A DNA stretch of 64,000 bases from an uncultured Planctomycetota bacterium (GCA_963737655.1 CAVTTN010000002.1:5824001-5888000), one strand, 5' to 3'; positions 1 to 11,415 are shown, counted from the first letter of the stretch. The notes: generated from the letters alone by a model not told the origin. Program-made: numbers and translations.

Positions 1-1082
1 GGCCGCGATCGCCCACCAGGGGCGGCCGTCGGGGGCGAAGATGAAGAGGGTCCGGCCCGTCTTGACGTCCCAGACCCTCGACGTGCCGTCCTGGCTGGCC
101 GAGGCGACCCTGGAGCCGTCGGGCGAGAACGCCACCGACCAGACCGGGTTCATCACCGGCGGGTCGGTCAAATGGACATAGCTTCCCCAGCTCTGGAGCT
201 CGGTTTTCACCCGGCTCGTCTCGTGCCCCGAGAGGCTCGCGAGCTTCTGGCCGGTGGTCGCGTCCCAGACCGTCACGGGCACCTCGTCCCCTCCCGCCGC
301 GACGAGCTTCCCATCTCGGGAGAAGGCCAGGGCCCGGGTGAATTCGGCGTCGAGGATCGGGCCGGGCGAGTCGGTCTCGAGGTCGAAAAGCTGGACGGGG
401 AACCCCCGAAGCCCCCGGCCGGGCATGGTGACCTTCGCGGCCATCGTGGGGCCCGTGGGCGAGAGCGCCATCGCCTCCCACGACGCCGAAAGGGCCTTCA
501 AGGGGACGAGGTGGCCGTCGGCCAGGTCCCAGACCTTCATCGGCAGCCCTCCGGCCGCGACGAACCGGCCGTCGGCGGAGATGGCCACGGACGAGAGGCC
601 GTATTTCTCCCGGGCGATCACCCGGCGGACCCGCGTCGGGACGTCCAAAACGCTGACCTCGCCGTCGCCCCCGGTCGCCGCCAGGCTCCGGCCGTCGGGC
701 GAGAACGCGAGGCACCAGGCCCAGGCCCCCTGATCGGGGAACGCGGCGACCTCCCGGCCGGTCGCCGAGTCACGGAGCCGGACCACCCCGTCCGAACCCG
801 AGGTGGCCAGCGACGAGCCATCGGGCCGATACGCCAGCCCGAGGAGCTTCCCGGCGCACCGGACCCGCCACCGGAGCCGCCCGGTCGCCGAGTCGTGGAC
901 CTCCACGACCCCGGAATTCGTCGGGCCCCGGACCACGCCCGCCACGGCCACGCTCCGGCCGTCGGGAGAGAACCTCACCGTGACGAGCGACCGGACCTCG
1001 GCCCGGTCAAGCCCCAGGCCGCCACCATCGCCGAGGCGCAGGCGATCGTTCCGACGAGGGGGAGTCGACGGGATTGGGACAT
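1..1082 (-). CDS. WD40/beta-propeller repeat protein; runs off window start; probable frameshift near 1000-1005
   Basis: Minus-strand translation gives WD40 repeats (VWSVAFSPDGSRVASASQDGTSRVWD; LAFSRDGKLVAAG; LAYRPDGSSLATSGSDG). The signal-peptide-like start MSQSRRLPLVGTIACASAMVAAWGLT (ATG at 1082) lies in another frame. Confidence 0.8.
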
Positions 1083-1140
1083 CTGTCCGAGGATAGCCCG
1101 GGAGGCGATGGAGGGCAAGACGGGTGCGAGAGCGGCGCCT

Positions 1141-2556
1141 TTACACGGCCAGCTCGCGCTCCAGGGCGTTGAGGACGTCGCCCATCGTCTCGAAGCCGGC
1201 GAGGAGGCGGTTGCGTTGCTCGTCCTTCAGCCAGGAGGCCACCTTCTTCTCGGCCGAGATCACCGTCGAGTGGTTCCTCCCGCCGAAGAACCGGCCGATC
1301 TCGCTGAAGGCGGCGCCGGTGTGCTTCCTGGCGAGGTACATGGCGAGCATCCTCGGGTGCGCCACGGCGTGGGACCGGGCGTCGGACTTCAGCGCCTCGG
1401 GGTCGAGGTTGAAGAGGCGGCAGACGGCGCGTTCGATGTCCTTCAGGGCCACGGCCTGGGCGGTGTGGCGGATCGTGTCGCGGAGGGCCGTCTTCGCCAG
1501 GGCGAGGTCGAGCCTCTTGCCCGAGAGCAGCGCGTGGGCGATCAGGCTATGCAGGGCGCCTTCCAGCTCCCGGACGCTCGACCGCAGGCTATCGGCGAGG
1601 AACGCGAGGACGGCCTCGGGCACCGGGACCCCCCGGGCGGCGGCCTTGGCGCGGAGGATCGCCTTCCTCGTGGCCGGGTCGGGCATGTCGAGCTTCACGA
1701 CCATCCCGCCGAGGAACCTCGTGGCGAGCTCGTCGGTGAGCTTGGCGACCTGCCGGGGGTGCCCTTCGCTGGCCAGGACGATCGGCGCCCCCTCGGCCAC
1801 CAGGGCGTTGAAGGTGTGGAGGAACTCGTCCTGGGTCGCCCTCTTGGCGGCGAGGAAATGGACGTCGTCCACGATCAGGGCGGCGGCGCCTCGATAGCGA
1901 GCACGGAAGGCGTTCAGGCCGCCGGACCTCATCGCGTCGAGGAATCCATTGGTGAACGCCTCGGCGGTGACCTGGACGACGTTCCGCCCGGGGTTCGCGG
2001 CCCTCATCGCCTGGGCGATCCCGTCGAGGAGGTGCGTCTTGCCCAGCCCGACGGCCCCGTGGATGACCAGCGGGTTGAACGCCGATCCCATCGACCGGGC
2101 CATCTCCACCGAAGCGGCCAGGGCGAGGCGGTTGCCGGGCCCGGCGATGAAGTCGTCGAGCCTCCGGGGCGGGCGGCCCTGGGGGCGCGGCTTCTCGCGA
2201 GACGGTTCGGACTTCGTCGGCAAGGGGACCGTCGGAGAGGGCCGGTGGGCCGGGTCGGACGGCCGATCGATCTCGATCAGGTGGCCATCGGGCCGGGGCT
2301 CGGCCTCCGCGTCGATCGAGAACGCCAGGCGCATCGGGCGGCCGACGACCGCCTCGGCCGCCTCGACGAGGCTGCCGGCGAAGTGGCCGCGAATCCTCTC
2401 GCGGAAGAAGCCGTTGGGCACGTCCACCGTCAGCGAGTCGCCGTCCACCCCGAAGCGGACCCCCTCGCCGAACCACAGGCCGAATTTCGCCTCGCCGATC
2501 TTCTCGGCCACGGCCTCGCGGAGGCGAGACTCGACGGCCATCTGGGTTGAAACCAT
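1141..2556 (-). CDS. dnaA: Chromosomal replication initiator DnaA
   Basis: N-terminal domain (VPNGFFRERI), AAA+ motifs FNPLVIHGAVGLGKTHLL, LIVDDVHFL, QDEFLHTFN, SVRELEGAL, and domain IV IGRFFGGRNHSTVI. Confidence 0.95.
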   Translation of the reverse strand: MVSTQMAVESRLREAVAEKIGEAKFGLWFGEGVRFGVDGDSLTVDVPNGFFRERIRGHFAGSLVEAAEAVVGRPMRLAFSIDAEAEPRPDGHLIEIDRPSDPAHRPSPTVPLPTKSEPSREKPRPQGRPPRRLDDFIAGPGNRLALAASVEMARSMGSAFNPLVIHGAVGLGKTHLLDGIAQAMRAANPGRNVVQVTAEAFTNGFLDAMRSGGLNAFRARYRGAAALIVDDVHFLAAKRATQDEFLHTFNALVAEGAPIVLASEGHPRQVAKLTDELATRFLGGMVVKLDMPDPATRKAILRAKAAARGVPVPEAVLAFLADSLRSSVRELEGALHSLIAHALLSGKRLDLALAKTALRDTIRHTAQAVALKDIERAVCRLFNLDPEALKSDARSHAVAHPRMLAMYLARKHTGAAFSEIGRFFGGRNHSTVISAEKKVASWLKDEQRNRLLAGFETMGDVLNALERELAV

Positions 2557-2796
2557 GACCCCCTCCCGGAGCGCTTCTCGGCGCGGACGAATCGATGATG
2601 CGGCCGGCGCGGGATGTCCCGATCGCCCGGAAGGGGGAAGCTCTGGAGGTCGCGTCGAGGCGAAGGTCCGCCGGCCGAGGCAACTATGCGCGCCGGCCGA
2701 TGCGAGTCAAAGCGCCCAGGGGCCATTCTCCGGGCCCGAAGGCGCGATCGGGCGCGGAGTTCCGACGATGAGGCGCCTGGCGAGGGACCAGAGGAC

Positions 2797-3009
2797 TAAC
2801 CGCCAAGCCGCCAAGATCGCCAAGGAGGGGAGGAGGGAAGGAGAAGAGGAGAGGAGGGAGGGAGAAGAGGAGAGGAGGAAAAGAGTCGAGAAGAGGAGAA
2901 GAGACGAGAAGAGAGAAGACGAGAAACTGCTTTTCACTACATTTCCCATCTCCTCTCCTCCTCTCCTCTTCTCCTCCTCACCTTGGCGATCTTGGCGGCT
3001 TGGCGGTTA
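2797..3009. repeat. 29-bp perfect inverted repeat around a polypurine/polypyrimidine core
   Basis: TAACCGCCAAGCCGCCAAGATCGCCAAGG (2797-2825) and its exact reverse complement (2981-3009); the interior is GA-rich then CT-rich. Confidence 0.85.
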
Positions 3010-3057
3010 ATCTCCCCCGCCTCCCCGAACGATCTCGGCGGTGAGTCTCCCTCTCCC

Positions 3058-4809
3058 CTACTTCTTCGCATAAGCCCGAACATAGTCCACCAGCATGACC
3101 GACGGGTCCGGCGTCCGGTCGATCGGCCATCCTCCGCCCAGGGCCAGGTCCACCATCAGGTAGAGCGGCACCTTGGCCTCCTTCGGCGTCTTGCACCGGC
3201 GGAGCTCCACCCGGTCGAAGTAGAAGATGATGACGTCGTCTTCCACCGAGACCCCATAGGTGTGGAAATCGTCGGTCATCCCCGAGACGACCGACGGCTC
3301 CCCCTCGGCCCAGTGGAAATTGCCGGGGCCCCAGAGGTGGAGCGTGGTGTGGAGCGCGTTCGGGCCCACCCCGTATTGCTCCACCACGTCGATCTCGACC
3401 TGCGTGATCGTCTTCCTGTCGCGGGGCTCGACCAGTTGCGGCACGCCCATCAGCCAGAACGCCGGCCAGGTGCCCAGGCCCTTCGGGAGCTTCGCCCTCA
3501 TCTCGAAGTAGCCGAACTTCTGCGAGAACCCCTGCCCTTTGGGATCGACCGAGCAGATCAGGCCCGACCGCCATCGGCCCTCGACCTTCTTCGCCTCGAT
3601 CTTGAGGATTCCGTCCGAGACGGAGAACGGCGAGTTCGGCCCGGGGTCGCCGAACCCGGCGTCGCCGAAGTCCCCCGCATACGGCGTGTGGGCGATCCAC
3701 CGAGTCCCCGGCCCCCAGGCCGAGATGCTCAGCGGCTCGCGGAAATCCTCGTCGAACGTGAGCTTGTAGGCGTCCAGGTTCAACGAAGGTGACCCGAGCT
3801 TCGGCAACGGGGCCGAGTTCGAGACCGTGAACGAGCCGACCCGGTACGCCGTCGCGTCGCCGGGGACGGCCGACACGCCCGGGCCCGTCTTGAGCGGCTT
3901 GCGGCCTCCCGCGCTGGCCTTCGGGTCATACAGGCCGAGGACGACCTGATATTCCCCCTCGGCGGCGTCGGTCGGCACGATCACCGTCTTCGCATACTCG
4001 ACCTTCCCCGACCACTTCGCGGTGGGGACCGGCGGCTCGTGGTCTCCCTGGAAGGCCATCCGGCCCTTCGAGTCGCGGAAATGGACGAAGACGGTGCAGT
4101 CGCGGCCGGTGGGCTCGGCCTCCCAGCGATAGGTAATTCGCGTCCCGAAGCCGGGACGGCACGAGGTCGGCGACGCGGAGCAGGCGAGGACCGTCGGCTC
4201 CTTCATCGACGGGACCACGGCGCTCAGGTCATCGATCCAGAGACTGCCCAGGCCGGGCGTCTCCGGGCCGACCGAGTCCCTGCCGACGTTCAGGCCGAGG
4301 CCCGCAGGCCCGCCATGCCACGACCCGTCATTGGCGCCTCCCCAGTGCTCGCCGCCGACGAGGTCGCGGACCTTCAGGACGACCTCCCGCCAGCCATCGG
4401 GCCCGGCGGGGGGCAGCGCCACGCCCTTCTGATGGCACTGGCCGGTCCCGTCGACGAGCCTCACGCCGACCTGATTCACGTTCGCGGTGCGGACCCAGAG
4501 GCGGAACTCCTCGACGTCGGGCAGGCCGGCCGGATCGAGGTCCTTCCAGACCCCGACGTAGGCCCCGCCGCCGCGGAAGTCGGCATCGAGCTTGTAAGAC
4601 GCCTTCCCGCCGTGGGCCCGCGTCGAGTCGCGGACGAGCGACCCCTTCGCCCCGGGGAACTCCTCGCCTCCGACGAACTTCCAGCCCCTGGGCTCGGCCT
4701 CGAAGTCGTCGAGGGGGACGGGCTTCGATGGGCCCTGGGCCGAGGATCGCCCGGCGAGGCCGACGAGCAGCGCGAGCGTGACGGTCCGAATCACCTTGTT
4801 CCTGAGCAC
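3058..4809 (-). CDS. Secreted glycoside hydrolase family 16 with N-terminal carbohydrate-binding-like domains
   Basis: Signal peptide; GH16 motifs FGYFEMRAKLPKGLGTWPAFWL, EIDVVE, DFHTYGV and MLVDYVRAY. Confidence 0.88.
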   Translation of the reverse strand: MLRNKVIRTVTLALLVGLAGRSSAQGPSKPVPLDDFEAEPRGWKFVGGEEFPGAKGSLVRDSTRAHGGKASYKLDADFRGGGAYVGVWKDLDPAGLPDVEEFRLWVRTANVNQVGVRLVDGTGQCHQKGVALPPAGPDGWREVVLKVRDLVGGEHWGGANDGSWHGGPAGLGLNVGRDSVGPETPGLGSLWIDDLSAVVPSMKEPTVLACSASPTSCRPGFGTRITYRWEAEPTGRDCTVFVHFRDSKGRMAFQGDHEPPVPTAKWSGKVEYAKTVIVPTDAAEGEYQVVLGLYDPKASAGGRKPLKTGPGVSAVPGDATAYRVGSFTVSNSAPLPKLGSPSLNLDAYKLTFDEDFREPLSISAWGPGTRWIAHTPYAGDFGDAGFGDPGPNSPFSVSDGILKIEAKKVEGRWRSGLICSVDPKGQGFSQKFGYFEMRAKLPKGLGTWPAFWLMGVPQLVEPRDRKTITQVEIDVVEQYGVGPNALHTTLHLWGPGNFHWAEGEPSVVSGMTDDFHTYGVSVEDDVIIFYFDRVELRRCKTPKEAKVPLYLMVDLALGGGWPIDRTPDPSVMLVDYVRAYAKK

Positions 4810-4909
4810 GGTTCGCCCTCACGATCGGGGACATCCGGGTCAGCCTCTCCCGGCCGATCGTCCTCGTCCCAGAGCGAGGACCGATCGGCGAGTCGCTGCC
4901 CGGAGGGGT

Positions 4910-5479
4910 TCAGAGAAGTGCCGCGAATTCTCGGAGACTCGCGACCGTCTCGGCCAGCCCTTGCCGTTCCAGGGTCGCCAGATAGTCCTCCACCGACCTC
5001 GGAGGTCTCTTCAGACGGGCGCGGACGATCTTGACGGATTCACACACCGACGATTGATGGAGTTCGAGTTCGTTCGCGACGAAATCGTCGGGGTGGAGGG
5101 CCTCGATGCCATACGGCGCGAGGGCGGTTTCGGGGAAGTCCTTGAGGTTGAACGTCACGATGGCATCCGCGTGACATCGGACGGCCGCGGCCAGGACGTG
5201 CCGGTCCTCCGGGTCGGGCAGGACGAGTTCGGGGAGGATCTTCTCGTAGCCGGTGACCAGGCAATCGCGGACGTTCCGGTTCATCAGGTCGCGGGTTCGT
5301 TCCAACGGCCCCAGGGTGAGGTCGCCGCGAACGGCCAGGAGATTCCGGATCCATTCGTCATGGATGCGATCCGTCCAGCGCGCCCGGAAGAGGTCGGCCG
5401 AGGCGAGCTGCATCAGCAGGTCGCGCAGAGGGGCCGGATAGAGCACGCAGGCGTCGTAGACGACCGTCAGCACGGCCAT
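4910..5479 (-). CDS. PIN-domain protein (putative toxin)
   Basis: VVYDACVLYP...LPDPEDRHVLAAA...AIVTFNLKDFP; directly downstream of an excisionase-type HTH gene. Confidence 0.9.
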   Translation of the reverse strand: MAVLTVVYDACVLYPAPLRDLLMQLASADLFRARWTDRIHDEWIRNLLAVRGDLTLGPLERTRDLMNRNVRDCLVTGYEKILPELVLPDPEDRHVLAAAVRCHADAIVTFNLKDFPETALAPYGIEALHPDDFVANELELHQSSVCESVKIVRARLKRPPRSVEDYLATLERQGLAETVASLREFAALL

Positions 5480-5482
5480 TTT

Positions 5483-5986
5483 CTAATAACCCATGTCGAG
5501 CTCTTGGGCCTGGGCCGCGAGCTCGTCGAGGGTCAGGGATCGGGCCTCGTCGGTCCGCCTCTTGTAGTCCATCAAGTCGACGAACTTGACGCGACGGTGC
5601 CTGCCGACCTTGCGATGCGGGATCTCCCCGCCGTCGAGCAGCTTGCAGAGGTAGGGTCGCGAGACGTTCAGCAGGTCGGCGGCCTGCTTCGTCGTCAGCT
5701 CGGCGTGGACCGGGGTCAGGGTCACCGCGTGGCCCTGGGCCATCTCCGCGAGGATGCCGCCGAGCAGGCGCAACGCCGACGCCGGGATCGGGAGCGGCTC
5801 CCCGGCCGGCTTCCCCGAGACCCGAACGACGAGTTCGGCGGTCCGAGCGGGGCCGTTCCCGTCGTTCGGCATCAGGAGATCGGCCAGCGCCGGGCCGAGC
5901 CGTCGGCTCGATTCCCGGGCCAACCGGCTTTCCGCCTCGGTCGGGGGTCGCGGGATGGGCCGGGCGGCCGTCTTCGGAGCCGCCAT
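5483..5986 (-). CDS. Excisionase-family helix-turn-helix protein (putative antitoxin)
   Basis: ELTTKQAADLLNVSRPYLCKLLDGGEIPHRKVGRHRRV; ATG at 5986 preceded by GGAGGC. Confidence 0.9.
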   Translation of the reverse strand: MAAPKTAARPIPRPPTEAESRLARESSRRLGPALADLLMPNDGNGPARTAELVVRVSGKPAGEPLPIPASALRLLGGILAEMAQGHAVTLTPVHAELTTKQAADLLNVSRPYLCKLLDGGEIPHRKVGRHRRVKFVDLMDYKRRTDEARSLTLDELAAQAQELDMGY

Positions 5987-6212
5987 GTCTCTGCCTCCTG
6001 AGCGAGGACCCGGACGGGATGGGGCACCGGCCCCGCCCTTCCCCTCCTCGGGCGCATTATCCGCCGCAATCGCAATAAACGCAATGGCCGAGATCGGAGG
6101 ATCCACGCTCGGCGGTCCCAGGATCGACCGGGCCGACCGGTGCCATCATGGCCGGAGGGTGGGCTACCCCTTCTGGGGGCCCACCACTCCGGGAAACGCC
6201 TTCGGGCGGCCT

Positions 6213-9200
6213 TCAATCGATCTGGATGTCCCCCTCGCGCCTCCCTTTCTTCCTCGTCCTCCTCGTCCATCTCGGCCTCTTCCTGCTCCTGGGCGTCGGC
6301 CGAGGCGATCTCTCCGGGCGGGGTGTTGGGGTCGGGCTCGACCCGGACGCTCTGCGCGTATTCCTTGCCATCGACGGTGAGGACGATCCGGTACATGCCG
6401 GGAGGGACGGGCCTCAGGCCGCCCCCTCCGCCGAATCCTCCGCCTCCGCCTCCGAACCCGCCGCCCCCGCCGCCGGGGCCCGATTCCATGTCCTGGGAGC
6501 CGGCCGCTTCCTCGCCGGGCGTCTCGCGAGGGGGGGCGGCCTTCCTCGTGGTCATGTCCCAGGTCGTCCGGTGGAGGCCCGGCGCGTTCTCGGTCCGGAG
6601 CTCCCGGATCGTGGTGCCCTCGTGGTCGAGCACCTTGATGTTGATCTTCTCGGCCTTCTTCGCCAGGTAGTAGTCGACTCGGGCCCCGGGCTGCGGGTTC
6701 TGGCCGACGTACTGCCGGTTCGTCCCCCCTCGGACCGGCGACGGCCGCCAGCGGATCGCCGAGACCGGCCTGTACAGGTGGGCCGGCTCGGACAGGATCT
6801 TGGGCGTGGTCTGGCGGATCGGCGTGACGTCGAGGATCCACAGGCTCCGGCCGTGGGTCGCCGCCACGACCTCGCCGGCCGTCGGGTGCTGGGCGAAGTC
6901 GTGGATCGCCACCGTCGGCAGGTTCGCGTTGATCTTCGACCACGTCTTGCCCCGGTCGATCGACGCGTAGGCGAAGAACTCGGTGCCGAGGTACAGGACG
7001 TCGGGGTTGAACAGGTCTTCACGAAGGCAGCGGGTGGGGCCGGTCGGCAGGTCGCCCTTCAGGGGCTTCCAGGTCTTGCCGTAGTCGTCGCTGACGTAGG
7101 GCATCGGCTCGTCGTCGTCGGAGCGGTGGCCGTCGAAGGCGGCGTAGACCCGGCCGTTGGCGAACCGGGAGGCCTCGATCGTATCGACGTACCTCGGCCC
7201 GGCGAGCTTCACGTTCTTCGAGATCTCCTCCCACGCCTTGCCGCCGTCCTTCGTGACCCAGAGGTGGCCGTCGTCCGTGCCGACGTAGAGGACGTTCGGG
7301 TCCCTCGGGGATTCGGAGATGGCCGTGGCGCTGCCCTGGTCGGTGCGGGTCAGCTCGGGCGAGATCAGCTTGAGGTCCTCGCCCCGGTCGAGCGACCGGA
7401 ACAGGTAGTTGCCCGCGCAGTAGAAGATTTTCGAGTTGTGATGCGAGACGATGAACGGGGTGTTCCAGTTGAACCTCATCGGCTTGCGGTCGGGGTGGCG
7501 GGGGCGGATCGCGGCGGTCTCCCTCGTCCGGAAGTTGCGGCGGACCATCGCGCCGCCCTGGCTGGTGAAGTAGACCTGATCGGGGTCGTCGGGGTCCACG
7601 ACGGCGCCGAAGCCGTCGCCGCCGCCGACGGAGACCCAGTCCTCGTTCACCGGGCCGGACCGCGAGTGGGTGAAGCTGGGGCCTCCCCAGGTCCCGTTGT
7701 CCTGGAGGCCGCCGTAGACCCTGTAATCGCGGCGCGTGTCCACGGCGACGCCGTAGAACTGGCCGATCGCGGACTGATTCAGGTGGTCCCAGTTCTCCAT
7801 GCGATCATAGGTGGCATAGTAGCCGCCGTCGCACCCGAGGACCATGTGGCGGCCGTCCTTCGGGTCGATCCAGAGGGCGTGGCCGTCGGCGTGGACGCCC
7901 TTGCCGCCGTCGTTGCGGAACGTCTTGCCGCCGTCCTTCGAGCGGTAGAACTCGATCCCCAGGACGTACAGCAACTCGGGGTCGCTGGGGTCGATCCGCA
8001 CCTGGCTAAAATACATCGGCCGGGGGTTGATGCTGTTGACCCGGCTCCAGGTCGCCCCGCCGTCGGTGGACTTGTAGACGCCGCCGGTCTGGTAGCCGTC
8101 GGGGCCCTGGCGGTCCTGGACGTTCTCCCTCTGGCTGTTGAGCTGGCCGGCGAACGGGCGGGTCGGGTCGATGTTCCCCTGGGCGTTGGGCGGCCTCCGG
8201 GCGAACTCGACCTCGACCTCCTTCTTCTGGTCGCCCCTCTTGATGCCGAGCTTGACCTTCTCCTCGGGCTTCTTGTCGCGGATCAAGTCCATCACGGCCG
8301 CATACGTCTTCACGGGCTTGCCATCGACGGTCTCGAGGACGTCGCCGGACTCCAGCCCGGCCTTGGCGGCGGGGCCTTCGGGCACGACGGTCCTCAAGAC
8401 GGCGCGGTCGGGGTCATTGCCGCCGACGATCCCGAGGTAGCCGCCGCCCCCGGGCGTGCGGTTCGGCGGGCCGAAGCCGTTCTTCTCGCTCTCGACGATC
8501 GCGACGACGAGGTTCGGGTCCTTGCGGTGCCAGTCCAGGCCGATCCGGCCGAGGTTGCACTCGGGGAGGCCCTTGGTGACCTTCACGAACGACTTGCCGC
8601 CGTCGGTCGTCCGGTACAGGCCCGAGCCCGGCCCCCAGCGCTTGGCCGGCTCGTTCACGTCGAACTCGTCTCGCTGGCGCTCGTACGTGGCGACCATGAG
8701 CGTCTCGGGGTCGAGCGGGTGCATCCTCATGTCGATCACGCCGGTCTTGAAGTCGACGTAAAGGACGCGCTCCCACGTCTTCCCGCCGTCGCACGTCTTG
8801 TACAGGCCGCGGTCCAGGCTCGGGCCGTACAGCCGGCCCAGGGCGCCGACGTAGACGATGTTCGGGTCCTTGGGATGGATCAGGATCTTGCCGATCTGAT
8901 ACGTATTCTTGAGGCCCATGCAGGTCCACGTCTTGCCGCCATCGACCGACTTGTACACGCCGTCGCCGAACGAGACGGAGTTCCTCGGGTTGTTCTCGCC
9001 GGTGCCGACCCAGACGACCTTCCTGTCCGAGGGGGCCACGCAGACGTCGCCGATCGAGACGGTGGATTCCTTGTCGAACTGGTGCTCGAAGGTCACGCCG
9101 TTGTTCTCGGTCTTCAGGAGCCCGCCGCCGCCGGTGGCGACCCAGAAGGTGCAGGGGTCGGCCTCGAACACGGAGAGGGCGACGACGCGACCGCCCATGT

Positions 9201-9504
9201 TCGCCGGGCCGATCGGCCTCCAGGCCAGGCCCTTGACCCACTCGGGCGAGAGCGAGGTGGATTCGACGGGCTTCGGCGAGTCCTTCGGCTCCTCCTTCGG
9301 CGCCTCGTTGGTCTTCGGGACGTCGGCCGGCTTCGGCTCATCCTTCGGTGAGGTGCCGGTGGCGGACTTCGCGGCCTCCTGGCCTTTCGTCTGCTCCTGG
9401 GCGTTCGCCGAGGGCACGGCGACGGCCAGGGCCGCCAGGATCAGGACCAATCGCCCGACCGTCGGCGCGGTCGGGATGCGGTCATCGCTCGGGAGGGGCG
9501 TCAC
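6213..9504 (-). CDS. Secreted sortilin/BNR(Asp-box)-repeat glycosyl-hydrolase-like protein with inserted PDZ domain
   Basis: WRPIGPANMGGRV, repeated S/TxDGGKTW Asp-boxes and PDZ-like GPAAKAGLESGDV. The ORF track extends to 5872 and overlaps the next gene; a one-base shift near 6240 would give a natural end GDIQID* at 6213. Confidence 0.8.
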
Positions 9505-9693
9505 GGTGGGGGCTCCAGGAGGGGCGACGGCGAGACTCGGATCGATCGCGACGGCCTGGCTTGAGGGGAGAGGGCGCGGCCCAGCCTTCGGCGAGTCGTA
9601 AGAAAGAGCGTCAGAGATCGGCCGCCCGTCCCGAGTTGTGGGCGAGGGGGCCGGCCCCTATGATAGCGGAAAAGTCGCCGAAAGGAGGCAGTC

Positions 9694-10023
9694 ATGGCCC
9701 CCCGGATCGTCGAAGGCATCTACGGAGACGGCCGAATCCGCCTGGACGAGACCCCCGAGGGCCTCGCCGAGGGGACGCGCGTCCAGGTCGTCTTCCCCGA
9801 GCCGACCGTCTCGGAAGCGGAACGTCAAGCGGCCTGGGATCGGGCGAGGGCCCGCATGGAGGAGGGGTTCCCGCTCGGTGGAGGCCCCTACCCCAGGAGG
9901 GAGGAGCTTTATGACCGCACTTATCGTTTTGATCAAGGAAATCGTCGACACGAATGTCCTCGTCTAGGCCCTGGACCCGCTCTCGGGTGCCAAGCAGAAA
10001 ATCGCGCTGGCCCTTCTCGATGA
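9694..10023 (+). CDS. Putative antitoxin (AF2212/DUF104-like)
   Basis: IVEGIYGDGRIRLDETPEGLAEGTRVQVVF...YPRREELYDR; overlaps a PIN gene. Confidence 0.65.
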   Translation: MAPRIVEGIYGDGRIRLDETPEGLAEGTRVQVVFPEPTVSEAERQAAWDRARARMEEGFPLGGGPYPRREELYDRTYRFDQGNRRHECPRLGPGPALGCQAENRAGPSR

Positions 10024-10396
10024 CCTCCGAAGGCGCGGTGTCCTGGCCCTCACGGCCCAGGTCTTGAACGAGCTTTACAACGTCGTGACCCGTCTGAACA
10101 AATCCCCATCGCTCTCCCACGTCCGGGCGGCGACGATCGTCCGGGATTTGGCGGCCTCGACCGTGGTCTTCCCGCTGACCTCGGCCGTGACGTTGCGGGC
10201 CCTGGACGCCATCCCTCGCCACGGCCTTTCCTTCTGGGATGCCCTGGTCTGGGCCGCCGCCAAGGAGAATGGGGTCCGGGTGATCTATACCGAGGATTTC
10301 CAGGACGGCCGGGACGTCGAGGGTGTCCTCTACGTCAACCCGTTCCTCGCCGAGGCCGCCGGGCCGCCCCCGTCGGAGGCTATTCCTCCGGCTTGA
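9911..10396 (+). pseudogene. PIN/VapC toxin with an in-frame TAG at 9965-9967
   Basis: VDTNVLV*A (family pattern VDTNVLVYA), then QVLNELY...LSFWDALVWAAA...IYTEDFQDG...VNPF in the same frame. Confidence 0.8.
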
Positions 10397-11308
10397 GGGC
10401 CTCATCGAGGTCCATCGCCGAGGTGATCCGGGGCTCGGGGCCCTTCAGCGAGTCGAGGTCGGCCTCGTCGCCCTTCTTGAGGTATTCGGTGCGGACGGTG
10501 CCTTCCTCCTTGCCGGGCAGGTAGGCGACGACGTAGGAGTCGCCCAGGACCGTCAGCCGGCCGCTCCGGAGGACCAGGGCCGTCCGTTCGTCCACGCCGA
10601 AGCCGAGGTGGCCGGGATGCTTGGCCAGGAGGCCGAGGAGCCGGTTCATCCTCTTGCGTTGCAGGAAGTGCTGATCGACGATCATGTCTCGGAGGAGGTC
10701 GAACCCCTTGCCCTCGACGGCCTGGGTCCGGCCCGAGACGATCATCACGCGGGAGAGGATCGCCGCCCCGGCCGAGGTCCCGCCGATCACTCCGCCCCGG
10801 GCGAGGAGGGCCTGGAGCCTCGTTTCGACCCGGGTGCCGACGTAGGCGTCGGCCAGGGCCGATTGCTTCCCCCCGCTGATCCAGACGGCGGTGGCCTTCT
10901 CCAACGGGGCGGAGAACGCGGGGTCGTCGGCCGTCTGGCGGGACCGGGTGTGGAGGAGCCGGACGTTCTTGAGGCCGAGGTCTCGCCAGGGCTTGAGGTA
11001 GACGGCTTCGACCTGGGGCGAGTCGGCCAGGGCATGGGCGGTGGGGATGACGACCAGATCGGCCTCGGCTCCGCCGGCCATCTCCACGAACCGGGCCCGG
11101 ACCTCGTCCGGGAGCTTGCCCCCTCCGCAGACGAACACGGCCCCATGACCGGGCCCTCGGGCGCGACCGGCATCGGGCCCTCGCCGACGACCCGCCAGGC
11201 CAGGGACCGGCCCGTCAGCCCCAGGACCAGGGCGACGACGGCCAAGAACGCATAGATCGCCACCTTCCCAGGAGGCCGCCCCGGCGCCGCGATCGTCCGG
11301 ATCGCCAT
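10380..11308 (-). CDS. Cyanophycinase-like peptidase S51; frameshift near 11145
   Basis: VFVCGGG, LVVIPTA, VWISGGKQ, GGTSAGA nucleophile, VDQHF and GVDERTA. The N-terminal TM/signal segment (ATG 11308) is in another frame. Confidence 0.85.
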
Positions 11309-11415
11309 CGATTCCCCTCCGCCATGCCGATCTCTGTCCCCGACAGGGGATTGTAAGGCCCGGGCGCCGATGCGTCCAGGCGGCTCGGGGCCGGCCTCGC
11401 CGCGAGGTGCCCGGG

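Noticed and set aside
172..2550. Long antisense ORFs (e.g. 172-2550, 6148-9351, 38688-40916, 40564-43107, 49257-50876)
   Set aside because: They mirror well-supported genes on the opposite strand, as expected in high-GC DNA.
5483..5986. Excisionase-like gene as a prophage marker
   Set aside because: It is paired with a PIN gene in a common toxin-antitoxin-like arrangement, and no phage genes or integrase lie nearby.
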